From Octopus vulgaris (lineage: Eukaryota): a stretch of DNA of 64,000 nt. The notes under the pieces were generated by a model, which saw only the letters and a list, made by a program, of their open reading frames with translations, made no database searches and was not told the DNA's origin. The stretch's first letter is position 1. Each line of letters opens with the position of its first letter. The stretch lies in contig OX597821.1 of the NCBI GenBank assembly GCA_951406725.2, forward strand, positions 50,654,001 to 50,718,000. Reading direction: 5' to 3'. Made by a program: the position numbers and the translations under genes. Below are positions 55,996 to 64,000 of the stretch, piece after piece.

Positions 55996-56639
55996 TGTTT
56001 TTAAAATAATTTTCTTGAGCCCCAAGATTCATAAGGCCGCTTGTTCGGTTTCCATGGTATAAGTAACCGAGATCACTGTGGTGTATGCGAGATATTCGAA
56101 ATAAAGGCGCCTACCTTCTCTTCGCTCAGATGGAGTCCCTTCAGCGGTAATGGATCCGTCAACACAGCCCGACCCGAACGCTAGAAATAGCAGCTGCTTC
56201 TCCCAACCTTAACAACGTCTTACCCGCTCGGCGACCCGACTCAAAAAGGCAGAATCTTGCCCTCGCTACGCGCGCGTCACCGCTGCCACTTCCGATCAGC
56301 CCCAAGTTCCGGTCAGCTCCCCAGCTGCTGACGTCATCCAACAATCACAACATCCCCGCTGAAGAAATGACAGACAAAGTTGACCAGGCGGGATTTGAAC
56401 TCAAAACGTAAAGAGACAGAAGAGATGCCGCTAGTCATCTTGCCAAACGTGCTAACGATTATTCTGTCAGGTCGCTGCCTATTTCTATGCATACACACAT
56501 ATTCATAGATGCGTACGCACATTCATTTATACATACATGCTGACATTCATTCATTCATTCATTCATTCATTCATTCATCAATGCATACATGCATATGTAC
56601 ATACATACATCCATAAGGTATATTTCAAGCTACGCTACC

Positions 56640-57190
56640 AAGAAAGCATCCCTGAAGGTGATAGTTTGTTATTACTACTTTCTACAGTCTTACGAATCGC
56701 CCGTCCTACTAACTACAAAACACAGTTTTAGGAATGGACCCAATAATATATCTCACCTTTTCTTATCTCACCTGAAGCTGTATAGGCCAAATTAACCACA
56801 TCAAGAAGCAACTGGATCTCATTATCCAATTCCCCAAAGACATTGGAATGAATTTTGACAAGTCCAAATGTGCCTTTTTAGCGGTAAAAATGTGGCAAAT
56901 TTACGCACTCATCCATAACACTAAACATAAATAGTCAGAAATACAGCTTCTGATCTCTAGGGAAAGTTACAAATACCTTGGTCGGGGTGAGAATGACTGC
57001 TACGGCGGACCGATCAAAAAGGAGAAGACGAGGAATGAATACCCTAAGAGAAAAAACAAAACAAAATATGGTCATCTGAACTCTCAGCTTACAACAAGCA
57101 TATTGCCCACAACACTTTTACAGTGCCTCTTCTTACGCTTACATTTGTCATTCTGAACTGGTCCATATAACTACTCAATGAGATAGACGT
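56640..57190 (+). mobile_element. R4/Dong-type RT fragment
   Basis: ISHLF..LKLY, KDIGMNFDKSKCAFL, ESYKYLG and KIWSSELSAYNKHIAHNTFTVPLL remnants. Confidence 0.75.
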
Positions 57191-57495
57191 TGGAATTTAA
57201 CTCTAAATTAAAAAGAGAAAGAAAACAGACAAGCGTGCGCATACGCACATTTGCACACATATATACACACATTCATCCATAACCACAACACATGTACACA
57301 TTCATTTACATATATAGAGATATCTGTCTGTCTGTCTGTCTGTCTGTCTATTTCTCTTTCTTTCTCTCTCTCTCTTTTTCTGTACACACACACACACGCA
57401 CATACACACACATAAAGACGCGCGCGCGCGCACACACACAAACACACACACACACACAAAGACGCACACATACACACGTACATATTTACATAGAC

Positions 57496-57535
<40 letters not shown>

Positions 57536-58269
57536 GCATAAAGATACCTACAACAAAAAAATGAATGCATAAGCATTAAAATAATTATGTAGCTGTCAGT
57601 ATTTATTTACATTAATTATGTATGCAAGCACATGTATGTATGTATGTATGTATGTATGTATTGTCTAGCTGTTGTTCCTGACATGAAAGTTAAAACTCAG
57701 AATACCTGTTAATGTAATTCTCAGCTTGCAATAGAGAAGATAATATTTACAATGATTGGTTGTGTTGTACATACATGCATACATACATACATACATGAAT
57801 GCATCCATGTATGCATACGTGGTGATTGCACAGATGCTTGCCGCCTCTTCGTGCTTCTTCGTCGTCAATGACTTTTCTAACTTATAGCCTCTCAGATGAC
57901 TATTCAATCCCGCTGCATATCTGCATGGTTTGAAAAATAAATGACACACGTAAGTTGTACACCATGTGTATCACATGACCAAACACACCTCAGTTTTGCT
58001 TTGATATGGAAACTTTCTGTGCCTAGAATGTCACACGAATCTTGCTAGAACCTCTGGTTCTTTCCAACTACTTGATATAAATTGAATGAAAGTAGCGAAT
58101 CTAGGTCCTTGATATTGCATCTGTACTACAGCCATGCTTAATAGCCATATAGGAGAAAGGTAAGTACCTCGACTCGATATACCTTTTCCTTTGTGGCCAC
58201 GCAGATACCATGATCTCTTCACAGTCTGTGTAGGAGTCTCCCGAAAGCTGAGCTTGCTTGACAATAATT

Positions 58270-58590
58270 GGATAATAAATGGCTCTGAATGTTACACGGG
58301 GAGCTCACTTAACCAATGAGCAGCTTTATCAAGATTTACCAAAAGTGACTAAGAAAATTCCGAAGAGAAAGCGAAAATTGCTGGTCACTGCATCGGGCAC
58401 CCAGAATAACTGCTCTTGTAGCAGTTATTTGAAGAAAGAATCAACGGAGGAAAGAAAAATACCTAACCCACGTGGACAACTTGTTTCAAGATAGTGGAAT
58501 GGCAAATGTTGATGAATGCATGGGGGACCATGGTTGGTGGCGTGCTCGTATGAACTCATTGAAGCGTCTGGGAGGAAGGCCAAATTAATT
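58270..58590 (+). mobile_element. RTE-like LINE 3' fragment
   Basis: MALNVTRGAHLTNEQLYQDLPKV followed by a frameshifted AGHCIGHPE. Confidence 0.6.
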
Positions 58591-59271
58591 AGCAAAAAAA
58601 TGACTCGATATGCGAGGCAGAGTGAAAAGATCTATTATCGTGATTACTGTTGAAATAAATCGTTTTTGTTTCTGAGAGATTTTCGATAAATTCACAGAGA
58701 GAAATAGTAGTCTTGCAAGAGCCATTATCTTAATAGTTATATACATACACATTTACATATATGTTTCAGTATGTACGTACTTGCCTGCCTGTTTACTTGC
58801 CTGCCTGCCTGCCTACCTACCTACCTACCTACCTACCTACCTACCTACCTGCCTACCTACCTGTCTGTTTGTCTGTCTGTACAAAACTACGGTTTACGGC
58901 AGACACGTAAAAGATGTTCTAACTCTATATGTATTAAATATATTATATATATATTTAATAATTATATTCAATACACACATAGACACACACGTACATACTA
59001 CTCATACAAACACACACACACACGTTTATATTTATATACATACACATATCTGTCTTTATCTATCTACCTATCTGTCTGTCTGTCTGTGTTTGTGCCCCCG
59101 TAACTTAGCGATTCGGCATAAGAGACCAAAAGAATAAGTACTAGGCTTACAAAGAATGAGTCTTTGGGTCAATTTGTTCGACTAAAGGCGGTGCTCCAGC
59201 ATGGCCGCAGTCAAATGACTGAAACAAATAAAAAGAAAAGAAGAAAAGAATATATGTATGTGTGTGTGTGC

Positions 59272-59329
<58 letters not shown>

Positions 59330-61306
59330 TAATCCAAAATTGATATAAATATATTAATATCTCTACTCGGATGCTGTCACATAAAGAGAGAAATCACCAT
59401 ACGAAAATACCAATTCAAAATTCCTGCTTTCAAGCAAGAATAATAAACAGTGTTGGAAAACATTCACATCTGATCCAATTATTAAATCAAAACCGTTTTG
59501 ACTTTTTCTGCAATAAAGTTATAGTCGATATTGAATTTGCAAATAGTGATAAATATTTATTAGGTCCTGGAAATGACATCTTTATATCGTGAAAGAATTT
59601 AATTGTTTTCAATTCGAATAATTTTCACTTTTGGTTCTCTTGACCTTGGTATAAATTAGAGAGTCTCGTATTTCTGATTTCTTATATATAGATAACATAC
59701 ATTCTTAGCTTTTCTGCAAAGTGTTTTATCGTACATTGTATTGTTGCGTTTCTGCTCATAGTCATTGCACAGTTTTATCGGCTGTGGTATTTTGCTTGCT
59801 GCTAATTTGCTGTTGTTGTTGTTGCTTAGCCCAGACTCCGACCACCAATGACTGAAAAGATTTAGAATCAAGAGAATCATTTTTGTGCATTGTGTATCTA
59901 GGGCTACAGATGAAGGGCAAAAACAGAACTTGTTTCTGGAACATAAAGAAACACATTGTGTTACGAGGTACACAGTATAGACTCTTCTGATTCTAATTTA
60001 TGTTAATATATGTAAGCTTCTAGTGCAAACCTCTTCTGTATCCAATTTGTTTTCTATATTTTCGGACTGATGAAATAAATACATGTAACATCAGGGGAAA
60101 TCCTGGCAGCTTCTCTACAAAATTTAAACAGATGTCTATTTGTGTTCTGAAAGCTAAGAAAATTTGAGAGTGAGGAAATTTCGAGTGAGAGTTTAGAGCT
60201 GAGAGCAAGTACAGTGATGGATGTTGAGGGTTTGAGAGTTAGGCAGAGCATGAATGACAAAAGAGAAAGTGGAAAGTCCAAAAGATTAGTGTCGGGGCTA
60301 CAAATTAGGTGAAGCATGAATGACGAGGGGTCATAAAGAAATTAAAACACTTATGAATGACAAGTGTCTTAAAATCCTTTCTACTATAGGCACAAGGCCT
60401 GAAATTTGTGGGGATTACATCGACCCCAGTGTTTCACTGGTACTTAATTTATTGACTCCGAAAGAATGAAAAGCAAAGTCGAACTCGGCGGAAATTGAAC
60501 TTAGAACGTAGTGACTGGTGAAATACCTATTTCTTTATTACCCACAAGGGGCTAAATACAGAGTGGACAAACAAACGGATTAAGTCGATTATATCGACCC
60601 CAGTGTGTAACTGGTACTTAATTTATCGACCCCGAAAGGATGAAAGGAAAAGTCGACCTCGGCGGAATTTGAACTCAGAACGTAGCGGCAGACGAAATAC
60701 GGCTACGCATTTCGTCCGGCGTGCTAACGTTTCTGCCAGCTCGCCGCTGACTGGCGAAATACCGCTAAGCATTTCGTCCAGCGTGCTAACGAATCTGCCA
60801 ACTCGCTTCCTTACAAGTGTCTTATAATGTAACTAAAAGTATTACTAAGTAGGGATGACAAAACAAAGAAATACAACACAATAAAAATGGCGTACTTATG
60901 ACATTATTAATGAACGAAGAAAACGTAACAATTCCAAACTGAAGTGCAAAATGGCGAACTGTAACTCTTATTGCCCACGATGAAAAATGAACCATCTGTA
61001 CCATTGTAAGCGTGCTAAGGCGAAAAGAATAAATGTACAACAATGAATCGATGTATGTCTAACGTCACCCGACAAAGTCAAAAAGTGTCCCCTCGGACGA
61101 TTCGACGTAAGCTTAAATAATGAACGATGTGGGAGTGAAAAACGTCACATGACAAAACAATGTCCATTGATTGGGTGACACTTAATAAACAATGTTTTGT
61201 TTCGTGACAACCAGAGTCGTTTTAATAATCAATGGACTTATGGCTGAAATTCGCTTTCTTTCATTCGGAGATTTTAGAGTTTAATCCCATTGCATTATAC
61301 ATTGAC

Positions 61307-61640
61307 CAATGGTTCTCAACCGGGGTCCAAATGGCCCTTGGAGTCCACATGGCCCTTGAAGTCCACATAAGATTTTGTTGCTAAAATTTATGTGCAGTAG
61401 ATTGCTTATAATTCTATAATACAATACTTTGATTTTTTTTATACGAATCCTTGTAGTTCAATTTTTTAATACAAGTCCTGGTAATATTTAATTATAAAAA
61501 AACAAAACAAAAAACTATTTTTAAGGCATCGAATGGCTATGGAGGTCCAGTAGAGTAAAATAGGAATCAAGGGGGTCCATAGGCAAAAAAGAAATAAAAT
61601 AAAATAAAATAAAATAAAAATAAATGGTTGAGAACCACTG
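61307..61640. mobile_element. hAT-type MITE
   Basis: TIRs CAATGGTTCTCAACC ... GGTTGAGAACCACTG; no clear 8-bp TSD. Confidence 0.65.
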
Positions 61641-64000
61641 CCTTTTAATCTACCATGTTGAAACATATTTTTTTCTATTTTGAAAGCATAACTGCAAAGC
61701 TGGGAAATTGGGTGAATTAACTGGCCACATTCACTCATAATTCCGACTTTACGTTTCTGAATCCAAACAGTTATATTTAGAGGATAATGCTGTCAACGGC
61801 AAGATTAGTGCCACCAAACAGATCGGGACAATTAAAGTTTTGCGTGGTTAATCTGGTAAACAGAAATAGTGTGCAAATCCATTAGAGGAGCAGTCCCCCG
61901 GTAAAATGATATACTTAATTTCTCGTCCTTGTACATACATACATATATACATACATACATACATACATACATACATTCATACACACGCATGTATATACAA
62001 AAGGGACAGGTTGTTACAAATGTTTCATTAGCTTAACTCTTAAAGGAAGAGGAAAAGTGTCCACGTTCTGGACGCTAGTTCATCATGGGAAAATTATAGG
62101 GGAGGGGTAAAAGAGGAGACCGAATTTGAAGAATTAGAAGTGAAAAAGAGAAAAAAAAAACGGAGAAAATAATGGTGAAAAAAGGAAAGATGATCGCGAA
62201 AGAGTAGATATAGTGTATGCACGTATGTGGGTGTATTCTATGTGTGTGTGTGTATCTGTGTGTGTGTGTGTGTATATATATATGTTTCTTTATTACCCAC
62301 AAGGGGCTAGACATAGAGGGGACAAACAAGGACAGACAAACGGATTAAGTCGATTACATCGACCCCCAGTGCGTAACTGGTACTTAATTTATCGACCCCG
62401 AAAGGATGAAAGGCAAAGTCGACCTCGGCGGAATTTGAACTCAGAACGTAACGGCAGACGAAATACGGCTACGCATTTCGCCCGGCGTGCTAACGTTTCT
62501 GCCAGCTCGCTGCCTTATACATATATATGTGTGCGTGTGTGTGTATATGTTTGCATATATATATATACTTACATATATACGTACATTCACACATATAAGT
62601 ATATAAATATTTAGGCTGATCCAGTGGCCTTGTGTTATTCCAGAGTTTCCTAGACATGTAATCGATTTCTCAAACAAGTCAACATTAGAAATGAGATGAG
62701 ATACAAACAGATTACTCTAAGTGCTGGAAGGAAGAGAAACAAGAACACACTAACACATAGGAAGTGGTAAATTTCCTTCCACCATTGTCTCAAATATTGG
62801 TCTGGCTAGAACAAAAAGGTAAGGAGGAAGATGTGAATGTGTGCGAGCATGTGCAGACACACACTCATATGTACATGCATACAAACACGTACAGTGTTTT
62901 GTTTCGTGACAACCAGAGCCATTTCAATAATCAATAGACTTATGGCTGAAATTCGCTCCTTCATTCGGAGATTTTTGAGTTCAATTCTGGCAGAAACGTT
63001 TGCACGCCGGGCGAAATACTTAGCGGTATTTCGTCTGTCTTTACATTCTGAGTTCAAATTCCGTCGAGGTCGACTTTGCCTTTCATCCTTTCGGGGTCGA
63101 TAAATTAAGTACCAGTTACGCACTGGGGTCGATGTAATCAACTAATCCGTTTGTCTGTCCCCTCTATGTTTAGCCCTCTGTGGGCAATAAAGAAATAACA
63201 AACACGTACAGGCGTACGTGCTGAACGTATGAAAGCGGGGAAGGGATGAATATTGAAGCGTCATATAAATATTTGATGATAAAAATGTAGGTATTTTATA
63301 AAATCACAACAACCATAACAATAATGATTAATAATAATAATCCTGCCTACGAAAGGCACAAAGCCAGAAATTTTGTGGGAGTGGATTAATTGATTACATT
63401 AACCTTAGTGTTTCACTGCTACGTAATTTATCGACTCCGAAAGGATGAAAGGTAACATCGACTTGGTGGAATTTGAATTCAGAACAAAATTACGGACGAA
63501 ATACTGCTAAGGATTTCGTGCAGCGTGCTAACGATTCTGCCAACCTGCCACCTTACAATTAATGATAATAACCACAATTATCCTTTCTACTATAAGCACA
63601 AGGCTTGACATTTGACTGGTGGAGTTAGTTGATTATATCGACCCTACAGCTCAACTGGTACTTATTTTATGGATTCCGAAAGAGTAAAAGGCAAAGTCGA
63701 CATAAGTGGAATTCGAACTCAGAACGTAAAGACAGGCGAAATGCTGCTAAGCATTTTGTCCGGCGAACTAACGATTATGCCAGCCTTATAATAATCCATT
63801 CTACCATAGGCACAGGGCCTGAAATTTGTGGGGAGGGGACTAATCGATTATATCGACCCCAGTGTTTCACTGCTACTTAATTTATCGACCCCAGTGTTTC
63901 ACTGCTACTTAATTTATCGACCCCAAAAGAATGAAAGACAAAGACGATCTCAGCGGAATTTGAATTTAGAACGTAAAAAAATGGGCGAAATATCGGCGTG

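Noticed and set aside
61190-62985. ~90-bp segment shared between ~61192-61280 and ~62895-62981
   Set aside because: Small local duplication or repeat fragment with no further structure seen.
63850-63924. Short direct repeats resembling an array
   Set aside because: Simple tandem duplication within a SINE with no spacers; not CRISPR.

Overview
Repeat-saturated, AT-rich eukaryotic DNA. The SINE families and (TA)n/(CA)n/(TATC)n density suggest an Octopus-like cephalopod (inference). One clear host coding exon is present: the signal peptide and ANF-receptor domain of a natriuretic-peptide-receptor/receptor guanylyl cyclase-like gene (30323-31028, +). Around it lie Penelope-like (RT + GIY-YIG) elements, a decayed Gypsy/Mag-type LTR element, CR1, R4/Dong and RTE LINE fragments, a Tc1 relic, MITEs and three tRNA-derived SINE families. 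Bases 1-2889 are repeated at 3704-6540 across a 100-N gap, probably an assembly/haplotype overlap. Most ORF-track entries are microsatellite artefacts. The main observation is a cluster of hammerhead ribozyme motifs in short non-coding elements, mostly inside (TA)n tracts. These include a divergent ~360-nt family with one hammerhead per unit, circularly permuted ends, terminal redundancy and fold-back arms starting near the cleavage site. This is a candidate retrozyme/circular-RNA system mobilised by Penelope-like RTs. All structure calls were made by eye.
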